Below are positions 1-9,580 of a stretch of DNA of 64,000 nt, piece by piece. The position numbers were made by a program, and so were the translations under genes. Each line of letters opens with the position of its first letter. Position 1 is the stretch's first letter. The notes below the pieces were generated by a model. It worked only from the letters and a program-made list of their open reading frames with translations. It was not told the origin of the DNA and made no database searches. The DNA is from Candidatus Heimdallarchaeota archaeon. Lineage in GTDB: Archaea > Asgardarchaeota > Heimdallarchaeia > Hodarchaeales > Hodarchaeaceae. The stretch spans positions 2,030,064 to 2,094,063 of the forward strand of contig CP070695.1 in assembly GCA_020353515.1 (NCBI GenBank), read 5' to 3'.

Positions 1-98
1 ATTATAATAAATTACATTATCTTCCTCCTCATTATCATTTCGGATACAAGGAAGACTCAGAATAGTATGAAACAGATTAGCTTCGGAATGAGGATTAT

Positions 99-818
99 TT
101 GATGAAACCTAATTCATTGGAATTATGTAAGAAAGCCGCAGCAGAGAAAGCTGTTGAAGAAAACATCACAGAAAATATGGTCATAGGTGTAGGTAGTGGT
201 TCTACCGTTATCTATGCTGTAAAAAAGATTGCAGAGATGGATAAATCTCACAATCTGAAAGTAAAATGTATTCCCACTTCTTTTCAGTCTTCTCAGTTAA
301 TTATTGAAAATGAGTTGAAATTAGCATCATTAGATCAATATCCATTACTTGATCTTACTATCGATGGTGCTGACGAAATAGATGAAGATCTGAATTTAAT
401 TAAAGGCGGTGGGGGGTGTTTAGTTCAGGAGAAAATTCTTGCTTCAAATTCTAAAGCGCTAATAATAATTGCTGATTATCGAAAAAAATCAGAATTTCTC
501 GGAGAGAATTGGAAAACAGGTATCCCAATTGAGATCATTCCTCTAGCATATGTACCATTAATGAAAAAAATGGAAAAACTCGGTGGAAAGCCTCAACTTC
601 GGATGGCAAAAGCTAAAGCGGGGCCTGTGATAACTGATAACGGTAATTTCATTATAGATGTTGATTTTGGCATTCTTAAGAATCCTCTCAAACTCAACAA
701 TAAATTAAACACGATTCCTGGCGTTGTAGACACAGGATTATTTATTGGAATGGTTTCTAAAGCATTTATAGGACAAAAGGACGGGAGTACATTAGTTTTA
801 GAGGGGAAAAATCTATAA
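99..818 (+). CDS. rpiA: Ribose-5-phosphate isomerase A
   Basis: GVGSGST, DGADE, KGGGG, TDNGN and IPGVVDTG motifs; start TTG 99 or ATG 102. Confidence 0.97.
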   Translation: MMKPNSLELCKKAAAEKAVEENITENMVIGVGSGSTVIYAVKKIAEMDKSHNLKVKCIPTSFQSSQLIIENELKLASLDQYPLLDLTIDGADEIDEDLNLIKGGGGCLVQEKILASNSKALIIIADYRKKSEFLGENWKTGIPIEIIPLAYVPLMKKMEKLGGKPQLRMAKAKAGPVITDNGNFIIDVDFGILKNPLKLNNKLNTIPGVVDTGLFIGMVSKAFIGQKDGSTLVLEGKNL

Positions 819-865
819 TTAAAGCTATTTAGAGCTTAATTATAGAAACAGAAGGAAGCCTTAAG

Positions 866-1693
866 TTGGTAATTACATCTGATCTCAGAAATACTGTTGT
901 TACTGATACGATACATTCTCCTAACCTAGAAGATTCTATTAAACAAGCGTTGGAACCTCTTGGTGGTCTGAAGAGTTTCATTTCAAGGGATGATTCAATC
1001 CTTGTGAAGCCAAATTTTAATACAGGAGATCCCTTTCCAGCGAGTACAGATCCAGAATTTTTAGAAATTATGTTACGATTACTCCTTAGACACACACAAA
1101 ATGTAGAAATTGTCGAATCGTCAACGCTTCGGGCAAAAACAAGAGAAATAATTGAAAGCAAGGTGGGTGAGGTGTTAAAAGAGTTAGATATACCAATAAT
1201 CACAGAACAAGACTTTAAATTTACGTGGGTTGATCTCAAGTCTAAGGGAGCAAAATATCTGAAATCTGTCAAACTTCCCAAACGAATTCTTGATCCACAG
1301 AAGAAATTAATCCTTTTACCTTGTTTAAAAACTCATTTTATTGCCCAATACACAGGAGCAATAAAACTAGGTGTCGGATTCATGGAAAGAAAACAACGTG
1401 TGAGGATGCATATGAGCTGGCGTGTTCCTGCTAAAGTTGCTGAATTAAACCTAGGTTTCAAACCTGAATTAGTTATCATGGATGCCCGTAAGATATTTGT
1501 TACGCAAGGACCAGCTTCTGGAAAAGAAGAATCTCCTATGAAAATACTGGCTGGAACTAATCGCGTATCCATTGATATTAAGGGGATTAAAATTATCCAA
1601 TCGTATCATGAGAAAAATAAATTAGAGGGAAGAGATCCATTAGATGTTGGGACAATTAAACGAGCTTTAGAGCTAGGGATAGATGAATCCTGA
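866..1693 (+). CDS. DUF362 family protein
   Basis: ILVKPN..T.P, LPCLKTH..YTGAIK and IMDAR motifs typical of DUF362. Confidence 0.85.
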   Translation: MVITSDLRNTVVTDTIHSPNLEDSIKQALEPLGGLKSFISRDDSILVKPNFNTGDPFPASTDPEFLEIMLRLLLRHTQNVEIVESSTLRAKTREIIESKVGEVLKELDIPIITEQDFKFTWVDLKSKGAKYLKSVKLPKRILDPQKKLILLPCLKTHFIAQYTGAIKLGVGFMERKQRVRMHMSWRVPAKVAELNLGFKPELVIMDARKIFVTQGPASGKEESPMKILAGTNRVSIDIKGIKIIQSYHEKNKLEGRDPLDVGTIKRALELGIDES

Positions 1694-1938
1694 ATTTTAA
1701 CTATTATTTGATACAAAAAATTAGATGAAATATACCAGAAATAATACTCTGGATATAAACAGTCACATTAAGCTTGTACTTGTCAAGTATACCAGCCAAA
1801 ATTGTAAAAAATTTCAAGTTTCAATGGAGGCTTAAGTTTTGGAGTCTAAAGAAATTACAATGTTATTAATTTCATTATATCTTGTATTATAGTCATCTTA
1901 ACGATAAATGCTTTATTCTGTCTTTATGTTTTCCACTC

Positions 1939-2769
1939 ATGAAATTATGGGACTATCATACGCATACATCTCTTTGCAATCATGCTACTGGAACCATCGA
2001 AGACTACGTTAAAGCAGCTGTTGAGGTTAAGTTGGCTGAGGTCGGAATCAGTGATCATTTCCCTATGGATTTACTACCAGAGCACTTTCATATTTATGCA
2101 ATGACATTAAACGATTTTCCGAATTATATCGATGAAATCAAGCGATTGAAATTGAAGTATAACCAAATCCAAATCAGAATTTCATCTGAAGTTGATTACT
2201 TTCCGGAGGTTTTTGATGGTTATAAGAAACTTTTAACACCATACTTAGATGATTTTGACTATATCATTGGATCTATCCATGCTATTCCATGGAAAAATCA
2301 TGATGCAATACCTGTTGATGAATTACAAGCTGTCCCTCTGATAAGAGAGTTAGGAGTAGACCAGTTTTACTTAGAATATTATAATAATCTCTTAAGGATG
2401 GTGAAGACGAACTTCTACGATGTCGTTGGACATTTGGATCTTCCTAAGAAATATGGTTTAGTTCCTTATGATACTGATAGAATCTGGCAGAAAGTTCTAC
2501 AGTTATTAGACCAGATTGAAAGTAACGATTTAACAGTTGAAATTAATACTTCAGGATTGAAAAAGAGAATAAAACAGGAATATCCTAGCGAGGATATTAT
2601 TAAAGAATTAATTACGCGAAAGATTCCAATTACTCTGGGATCGGATGCTCATTCTCCGCAAGCTATTGGATTTAGATTTGAAGAGCTCATTACTAAAACT
2701 AAGAAATGGGGATTAACTGAAATATGTCAATATTCTAAAAGAGAGAGAAGCTTAGTCCCACTGAAGTAA
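1939..2769 (+). CDS. PHP-family histidinol-phosphatase (HisJ/HisK-like)
   Basis: DYHTHT..CNHA, ISDH, IGSIH, GHLDL, EINTSG and GSDAH motifs; ATG 1939 preferred over TTG 1882. Confidence 0.9.
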   Translation: MKLWDYHTHTSLCNHATGTIEDYVKAAVEVKLAEVGISDHFPMDLLPEHFHIYAMTLNDFPNYIDEIKRLKLKYNQIQIRISSEVDYFPEVFDGYKKLLTPYLDDFDYIIGSIHAIPWKNHDAIPVDELQAVPLIRELGVDQFYLEYYNNLLRMVKTNFYDVVGHLDLPKKYGLVPYDTDRIWQKVLQLLDQIESNDLTVEINTSGLKKRIKQEYPSEDIIKELITRKIPITLGSDAHSPQAIGFRFEELITKTKKWGLTEICQYSKRERSLVPLK

Positions 2770-3114
2770 ATGGATGAGTTAGAAAATTTAGGAAATTTCT
2801 GGTGTTGTTGCTAATGAGACTGTTTTTTGATGATGAGGATCTAAATCTGAGCTTATTCTTATGATTACTGGCCCGTGATAGTTCAGATATCTGATCAAAC
2901 CGTTTAAATCAGGATTAGAAGAATTCATATTCATCCTTATTTACTCCTTTTGGACTTTCATCAAATAGTCCGTTTTAAACTCGTACAAGGAGTGCTTTTA
3001 AGGACAGGGGGTGTTTTATCAAAGTAAAATTCAGGTTATTCGATCGAATTCTCCTCTAAATTTATGTATTCAAATTATTAATCCGACAAATTTAATGTGA
3101 AGAGCTTCTTCAGA

Positions 3115-4011
3115 TTATTGACTTAATTGGATTGTTGATTCAATTATATTGTAGTTTGTACGTAAATATTTCGTTATTCCTGACATGAGTTGTTTGTGAT
3201 CCTTATCTGACATAGGATTATTTACTTTCATGTGAGCAGAAAATACTAACATTTCAGGAGTGATTGTCCAAAAGTGAACATTGTAGAGATTTTTAATTTC
3301 TGGAAATTGGTCTCTTAACTCCTTAGTAACTATCTCAATATTTAATCCTTTAGGGGTCATTTCCAATAAAATTCTTGTACTATCCTTCAGAATTCCAAAA
3401 GCCCATATTGCAATAATCAAAGAGATGAATAAACTAACGAGCGGATCAATAAAAGTCCATCTTGTAAAATATATAACAATAGCAGCAAACACAATCCCAA
3501 TTGATGATGCAGTGTCTCCAATGATATGATAGAATAGGCCTTTTATATTCAAATCTTTTTTAATACTTCCTTGCAGAATAAAAATGCTTAATAAATTGAC
3601 TCCAAGACCAACAAGTGCAACAACTAACATTTCAAAGGCTAGAATTTCTAATGGATGGATAATTCTTAATATGGCTTCATAAATCAATGTAATGACTATT
3701 AAAAGAAGAAATAGACCATTAACAAATGCCGCTAAAATTTCAGCACGGTACAACCCAAAGGTTCTGTGATGACAGGGAGGTTTTCGTGCAATTATTATTG
3801 CGATTAAGCTGACTGCAATGGCAAAACTATGCGTGAACATATGTCCAGCATCACTAATTAGTGCAATACTATTTGTAATTAAACCTCCAATCACTTCAAC
3901 AATCATAACGGTCGCAGTAATTAGTAAAGATAGCAATAGTCTTTTCTTTTCCACGGTTCGATACTCAAATAGATGATCAGAGAAGGGGTTATCAGTTTTG
4001 TGATGATCCAT
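3115..4011 (-). CDS. Cation diffusion facilitator (CzcD/ZitB-like metal efflux)
   Basis: SIALISDAGHM, TFGLYRAEILAA, HIIGD and C-terminal HFWTIT..FSAH motifs. Confidence 0.93.
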   Translation of the reverse strand: MDHHKTDNPFSDHLFEYRTVEKKRLLLSLLITATVMIVEVIGGLITNSIALISDAGHMFTHSFAIAVSLIAIIIARKPPCHHRTFGLYRAEILAAFVNGLFLLLIVITLIYEAILRIIHPLEILAFEMLVVALVGLGVNLLSIFILQGSIKKDLNIKGLFYHIIGDTASSIGIVFAAIVIYFTRWTFIDPLVSLFISLIIAIWAFGILKDSTRILLEMTPKGLNIEIVTKELRDQFPEIKNLYNVHFWTITPEMLVFSAHMKVNNPMSDKDHKQLMSGITKYLRTNYNIIESTIQLSQ

Positions 4012-4145
4012 GATGAAATCTTTACCAATAGCTGAATCTAATCATTTTACACCTTTCTCATAGAGAATTAAAAAGAAAATCACCTCGAAAATCAAATCAT
4101 CTCTTGGAATAATTGATTTAAGAGAAAAGATGGTTACTCCTAATT

Positions 4146-5141
4146 ATGACAAATTTTAATCTCGATTCGATTCCAAGGATTCAGCTTTGCTTATTACCTA
4201 CTCCAATTGTCCCTTTGACAAGGTTATCGACACATCTTGGTGGAGTAAAGGTATTCATAAAAAGGGATGATTTGACTGGTGTTGCTTTTGGTGGTAATAA
4301 GAATCGAAAGCTTGAATTCCTTTTAGCTGATGCTAAGAGAAAGAAAGCTGATGTAATTGTAACAGAAGGAGCTTTACAATCGAATCATTGTCTACAAACA
4401 GCAGCTTGTTCCGCAAAGTTAGGTTTTGAGTGTGAATTGGTGTTATCGGGAAATATTCCTGAATTTATCACAGGGAATCTTCTTTTAGACCAGATTCTTG
4501 ATGTGAAAATACATCGAGCGAAAGATAGCTTTGAACGGAAAGAACTTATGGTACTGGTAGAAGAGGAACTAAAAGACAAAGGTAAAAGACCGTATATGAT
4601 TCCAACAGGTGGTTCTACTGACATCGGTGCATTAGGTTACTTAAAATGTATAGTAGAACTTGAGAGGCAATCAAAAGATCTGGGAATTATATTTGATTAT
4701 TTTGTTCATTCAACAGGTAGTGGAGGCACTCAATCAGGAGTTTTGATAGGAAAAGAGCTGTATTATCCAGAATTAGAAATTTTGGGGATTAGCGAAGGTG
4801 AGTCTAAACAGAAATTAAGAAAGAAAGTAAAAGAAATCATTGAGAATTTTAATAACATAAGGGGGTTGAATTTGGTGATTGGAGACGATAAGATCAAGAT
4901 ATACGAGGAGTATTTTGGAGAAGGCTATGGTATCCCCAATCAAGAAATGATTGAAACTGTGAAATTAGTGGCGAGATTAGAAGGAGTATTTTTAGATCCA
5001 GTTTATACTGGTAAAGCTATGGTCGGTTTAATCGATCTTGTGAAAACAGAAGTCATCCCTAAGGATAAAAATGTATTGTTCCTTCATTCAGGAGGAAGTA
5101 CATCAATTTTTAATTATTACAATGTTTTTCAGAAGGAGTAG
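4146..5141 (+). CDS. D-cysteine desulfhydrase family PLP enzyme
   Basis: KRDD..GGNKNRKLEF, QSNH, GSGGT and DPVYTGK motifs (Thr where true ACC deaminases have Glu). Confidence 0.9.
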   Translation: MTNFNLDSIPRIQLCLLPTPIVPLTRLSTHLGGVKVFIKRDDLTGVAFGGNKNRKLEFLLADAKRKKADVIVTEGALQSNHCLQTAACSAKLGFECELVLSGNIPEFITGNLLLDQILDVKIHRAKDSFERKELMVLVEEELKDKGKRPYMIPTGGSTDIGALGYLKCIVELERQSKDLGIIFDYFVHSTGSGGTQSGVLIGKELYYPELEILGISEGESKQKLRKKVKEIIENFNNIRGLNLVIGDDKIKIYEEYFGEGYGIPNQEMIETVKLVARLEGVFLDPVYTGKAMVGLIDLVKTEVIPKDKNVLFLHSGGSTSIFNYYNVFQKE

Positions 5142-5157
5142 GTTTCTTTTTGTTTCC

Positions 5158-6198
5158 TTATTGTTGAAATGCACTAATAGTATCCATAGCCAATTCAGGA
5201 GTACAATTATGGGGTAACATTACCACTGGAATATCTGTACCAAGTTGTCTTAATTCATCATAGCGTTTAACAACATATTCGGGAGGCCCAACTACTGCAA
5301 TACGATCAAGCATGTCCTGGGAAACGGAATTGGCTGCAGTCTCTCTATCACCAGCTAGGAATGCCTTTCTTATTCTGTTTGCTTCTGTTTCAAAACCATA
5401 TCTTTTAATTATCTCAAAATAAAACGTACCCATCCCCCCAATATAATAGGCGAGATTTCTTTGGATAAGGTTTTTTGCATTTTCTGTGTCTGACGCACAA
5501 GTAAGAATGTATGGTGTGATTTCGAGCTCTTCTTTAGATCTTAGTGTTCGTTCCCTTTTTTCTAATCCTAGTTTCAAATCTTGCTTTGAACTTGGAATTT
5601 CAGTGAAGGATGTCCAAATTGGAAACCAGCCATCAGCTAGTTCTCCTGTAATTTGCACATTCTTTGATCCCATAGATGCGAGAAATATGGGAATTGTCAA
5701 AGATGGTTCAAAGCTACTTAATGAAAATCGCTTTAAGGAGTAAATCTTTCCAGAGTAATTTACCCTTTCACCTGAAAATATCAAGCGTAATATTTCTAGG
5801 TATTCCCGAGTACGTTGTAGGGGAGAAGGTTGAAAGAAGTTTATTCCATGCCAGTCTTGAATGACAATGGGCCCACTTAAGCCTAATCCTAAAATGAAAC
5901 GCCCTTCTGTTAATTCATCAATGCTAGCTGCTGTTTGAGCTAATGTTGCTGGGGTTCGGGAAAAGAGATTAACGATTCCAGTACCTAAGATTAGTTCTGA
6001 AGTGTAGTGTGCCATGGTTGTTACTTGAGTAAAAGCATCATGGCCCCAACGTTCTGGAATAAACAGATGGGTGAAATTTGAGTTATCTAGTAAGGTTACC
6101 AGATCATGACATAAGGAAGGTTGTAAATAATCATACGATAAGGTGAATCCTAATTTTACTTGAGGAGACATGATGAATGCAAACTTCTGATTCCTCAT
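5158..6198 (-). CDS. LLM-class (luciferase-like) flavin/F420-dependent oxidoreductase
   Basis: PERWGHDAF, LGTGIVNLFSRTPA, GRFILGLG and GELADGW motifs; start ATG 6198 or 6171. Confidence 0.9.
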   Translation of the reverse strand: MRNQKFAFIMSPQVKLGFTLSYDYLQPSLCHDLVTLLDNSNFTHLFIPERWGHDAFTQVTTMAHYTSELILGTGIVNLFSRTPATLAQTAASIDELTEGRFILGLGLSGPIVIQDWHGINFFQPSPLQRTREYLEILRLIFSGERVNYSGKIYSLKRFSLSSFEPSLTIPIFLASMGSKNVQITGELADGWFPIWTSFTEIPSSKQDLKLGLEKRERTLRSKEELEITPYILTCASDTENAKNLIQRNLAYYIGGMGTFYFEIIKRYGFETEANRIRKAFLAGDRETAANSVSQDMLDRIAVVGPPEYVVKRYDELRQLGTDIPVVMLPHNCTPELAMDTISAFQQ

Positions 6199-6211
6199 AT
6201 ATAATCTTGAA

Positions 6212-7378
6212 TTATTGACGTCCAAAAGCAATCTTTAGTAACGATTCAGCCTCATCAAAAAAGTTCTTTATGACAACTGCGTATTCTTGATCCTCAAGTC
6301 CGTACTTCAAGTTGAACATAGTACCAAAAGAATCTAAGGCGCTCCACAAGAAACTTGAAATTCGATCTACAAGGAGAAAGATAATAAAATTCTCATTCTG
6401 AGATAGCATTATTTTCTTATCTAAGAATTGAATCATTCTTATGTTTTCAGTATTTATCATTTCTGTAAACAAGTTTAAAATAGCATGTACCCCTCCAGAT
6501 AATAATAAATCTTTCTCGCTAGATGAATCTCCTTTTGGAACTGTAAAATTATGAGAGAATAATAATAAACCCGATCTATTAATGACCAATAGCTTCTCAA
6601 TGTTTTGAAATTGTAGAAAGCCTACAGGTGCCTTTACATACGCTTGAAAAATCATCACACTACCAAGAATCACGTTAATATGGGGAGCAATGTGCTTCAG
6701 GAAAACCACTAGGTTAGGATTTAATAATTCTTCTAACTGATAGGCTCCAGCAATAATAACTAAAGTGACGAGATAATAAAGAATAATTGACCACTGCATC
6801 AATGTTACTTGTCTTTTCTGTAATTCATCTTCTGTACTGTTTTTGATTCTTCTAAGTGCTCCTAATGTGACAATAATTACGTAAATGACAAAATATGACG
6901 CGGGGAAGTTCGTTGAAAAGAGGAAGTTAAGAAATAACAAGAATAAAGTATTAGTTTCTGTCGTACTTACTGGAAATACTTCTGGGATCACTATTTGATA
7001 CATGACATTTAAAATGAAGGCACCTAGGAAAGCACCATAAAAAAAGCCGTGAATTGGGTTTATTCTTTCATTCTCGAAATAATCAATAAATAGCATGAAG
7101 AATCCCCCAGAGATTCCGCCGAAGAATGGGAATAACCAAACAAAAATGTTATCTTCTTGTAGATAAAAACCAACTGGATCATTAAAGTTTATCAAAAAAA
7201 ACCAGAATTCAATAAGCATCAAAATAAATAAGAGTAGATAAGCACCAGCTAGCAATGATACAACAGTGATTTTTGTTTCTCTCCATCTCTTACTTAGTCT
7301 GAAAAAAATAAAAATACTAACCAATAATTCTAGTAAAAAGACACCAAAACCAAAATAACTTATTATTGTTGGTGTCAT
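6212..7378 (-). CDS. 7TM membrane protein with C-terminal longin-like domain
   Basis: Seven hydrophobic segments in aa 1-250, then LLVINRSGLLLFSHNF...LLSGGVHAILNLFTEM longin-like pattern. Confidence 0.7.
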   Translation of the reverse strand: MTPTIISYFGFGVFLLELLVSIFIFFRLSKRWRETKITVVSLLAGAYLLLFILMLIEFWFFLINFNDPVGFYLQEDNIFVWLFPFFGGISGGFFMLFIDYFENERINPIHGFFYGAFLGAFILNVMYQIVIPEVFPVSTTETNTLFLLFLNFLFSTNFPASYFVIYVIIVTLGALRRIKNSTEDELQKRQVTLMQWSIILYYLVTLVIIAGAYQLEELLNPNLVVFLKHIAPHINVILGSVMIFQAYVKAPVGFLQFQNIEKLLVINRSGLLLFSHNFTVPKGDSSSEKDLLLSGGVHAILNLFTEMINTENIRMIQFLDKKIMLSQNENFIIFLLVDRISSFLWSALDSFGTMFNLKYGLEDQEYAVVIKNFFDEAESLLKIAFGRQ

Positions 7379-7475
7379 TATGAATCATTACTCATAATTG
7401 TGGAAGTCTACTGTTTCATGAACAATTGCTGTTTCAAAGTTGAATAATAAAAATGTTAGGAAATTCTTTGCTTTC

Positions 7476-8360
7476 CTATTTTTCTGGAAATAAAGGTGTA
7501 AAATTCTCTGATTTTGCCCGTTGGATTATCTCTTCTTGTTTACTTGTTCCCAGTTTCTGAAATTTCTTAACAGCATCAAGCACTAATGGCCATAATCGAA
7601 GATCACAGGGTAAGGAATATGTAGTAACCCCTTCTTGGGAAAGAGTATATCCTACTGCATCATCAATCCAAGTTTGTTCATCTAGAGGTTGGTACCATGT
7701 CCCATATTTCTTTGCGAAGGTCCATCTTCTTCTTGAAATTGCTTTGATAGCAATAACCCCAATATGCTTCTCTTGCGCAAGCTTTAGAACAGGTCGAAAA
7801 TCGTTACTAGGGTGAGGATGAGCCATTGCAGCGACATAGACAGGGATTAAAATCGTATCAAAGTATTCCTTAGACTTCAGTGCTTTTATCATGATTCTCA
7901 TGTCGCTATGACACGTGATACCAATATTTTTAATGAGATCTGTTTCTTTGGCTTCTTTAAAAGCTTCCATTGCTCCATCCTTTCCCATGATTTGCTCTAA
8001 TTCTTCCATTGTCGAAACTGTATGAAATTGGTATAAATCGAAATAGGATGTGCCTAACCGCTTTAATGACCGATTTAATTCCTTCCAAGCCCCCTCTTTA
8101 GTTCTTTCCATCGTTTTTTCGGATAAAAATATTTTATTACGGATTTTCTGAATCCAGGGGTGAATTCTGACCTCTGCTTCTCCATAAGAAGGAGCCACAT
8201 CAATGATATTCACGCCTTGAGCAATAGCATTCTCAATCGCTATATTAGCTCTTTCTTGAGCTGTCTTCGGATCTTGTTCCTGTAACCATCCTAATGCACA
8301 TCCACCCAAAGTTAAAATCGAAGCGTTGTGACCTGTTTTGCCAAATTGTCTAAATTCCAT
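7476..8360 (-). CDS. Aldo/keto reductase
   Basis: FGKTG, IDVAPSYG.AE, SLKRLGT.YFDLYQFH and IGIT motifs; ATG 8360 follows a GGTGA SD. Confidence 0.92.
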   Translation of the reverse strand: MEFRQFGKTGHNASILTLGGCALGWLQEQDPKTAQERANIAIENAIAQGVNIIDVAPSYGEAEVRIHPWIQKIRNKIFLSEKTMERTKEGAWKELNRSLKRLGTSYFDLYQFHTVSTMEELEQIMGKDGAMEAFKEAKETDLIKNIGITCHSDMRIMIKALKSKEYFDTILIPVYVAAMAHPHPSNDFRPVLKLAQEKHIGVIAIKAISRRRWTFAKKYGTWYQPLDEQTWIDDAVGYTLSQEGVTTYSLPCDLRLWPLVLDAVKKFQKLGTSKQEEIIQRAKSENFTPLFPEK

Positions 8361-8825
8361 GAAATCACCAAGAGAGCTATCTAGAAAAACATAAGATATG
8401 CTTTTCTGATAGTTTACCAAAAATGGATGTAAAGTTTATAAGAGGTAAAGCTCCTTCAGATACGATCCTAAATCCTTGGATGGGTTTGCTTACTGATGTT
8501 ATCAATTTCTTTTTTCTTAATCTCTCCTTTGTTACAACTTCCAATTGGAGCTGAAATTGATGTTAAAAGATCGAGTAATGTTTCCTCACCATTTTTCTTT
8601 AATATCACACTTATTACCCCTAGCATATATGATGATCGGACTTTTGTTAAGGGAAAATGAGGTAATTGGAAGGTATTATCCTAAGAATAAGGAATATATC
8701 AAGGGTCATGACGTAAGTGTCTTAATCCAAAGTTACATAAAACAGGTGAAAGGAGTTATCGAGGATTTTGAAGAAGAATAACTAATTCCTCTTCTAACCT
8801 TAGTTTTTATCAGAAGGGCTATTAA

Positions 8826-9563
8826 ATGGATTTTTTTGATCACACTTCGAAAGCGTACATTGAACCAATCGATGAGATTAAATTCTATCGTGCTGCTTAT
8901 CCAATTCCCTCTAAACTAATTTATTCCCCCTTTTCTCGTCCTGAGTTTCCACAAAAAAGTATGAAAGGAAAAATAAAGGAACTGCCAAAGTTATATCATG
9001 GTACCCATTTATATTGTATTAATGACTCAATTTTATACTTCCAAGGCCTTCTTGGAGCTCCTGCAACGGGTATTTTTTTGGAGGAATTAATTGCATTGGG
9101 AATTAAGGAATTCATTTTTCTTGGTTTAGCGGGAGCTATTCAATCTGCTTCAATTGGTGACAGAATTATTGTAACTGAAGCAGTACGGTTGGAGGGCACA
9201 AGTCATCACTATTTACCAACTCACGCGCCAAGTTTACCATCAATTGAGATGACAAATGATTTATCGGACTTTTTTTTGTCTAGAGGAATTTCATGCACCA
9301 AAGGGAAAATATGTAGCACTGATGCTCCTTTTAGAGAAACCTTCAATTTAGTTAATCAGCTACGTCAGAAAGAAGTTATTGCTATTGAGATGGAGATAGC
9401 AGCTGCCTTTGCCATTGCATCATTTCGTAATGTGAAAGCTGCAGCCATGGTAATCATAAGTGATGAACTTAAGGGTGATCAGTGGTCAAAGTTTCAACCT
9501 GATCAATACTCAGACACCTTTCTTGCTAGTTTTAATTACCTGTTGAACTACTTTTCCCAATAA
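8826..9563 (+). CDS. Nucleoside phosphorylase (PNP/UDP family)
   Basis: GAPA, FLGLAG, RLEGTSHHY, STDAPFRET, IEME and IISD motifs. Confidence 0.9.
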   Translation: MDFFDHTSKAYIEPIDEIKFYRAAYPIPSKLIYSPFSRPEFPQKSMKGKIKELPKLYHGTHLYCINDSILYFQGLLGAPATGIFLEELIALGIKEFIFLGLAGAIQSASIGDRIIVTEAVRLEGTSHHYLPTHAPSLPSIEMTNDLSDFFLSRGISCTKGKICSTDAPFRETFNLVNQLRQKEVIAIEMEIAAAFAIASFRNVKAAAMVIISDELKGDQWSKFQPDQYSDTFLASFNYLLNYFSQ

Positions 9564-9580
9564 AGAAGCTGGATTGTATT

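Noticed and set aside
4146-5141. ACC deaminase (acdS)
   Set aside because: DPVYTGK lacks the Glu diagnostic of true ACC deaminases
8545-8781. 78-aa ORF as a real gene
   Set aside because: TTG start, no motif, and it overlaps a more protein-like fragment in another frame
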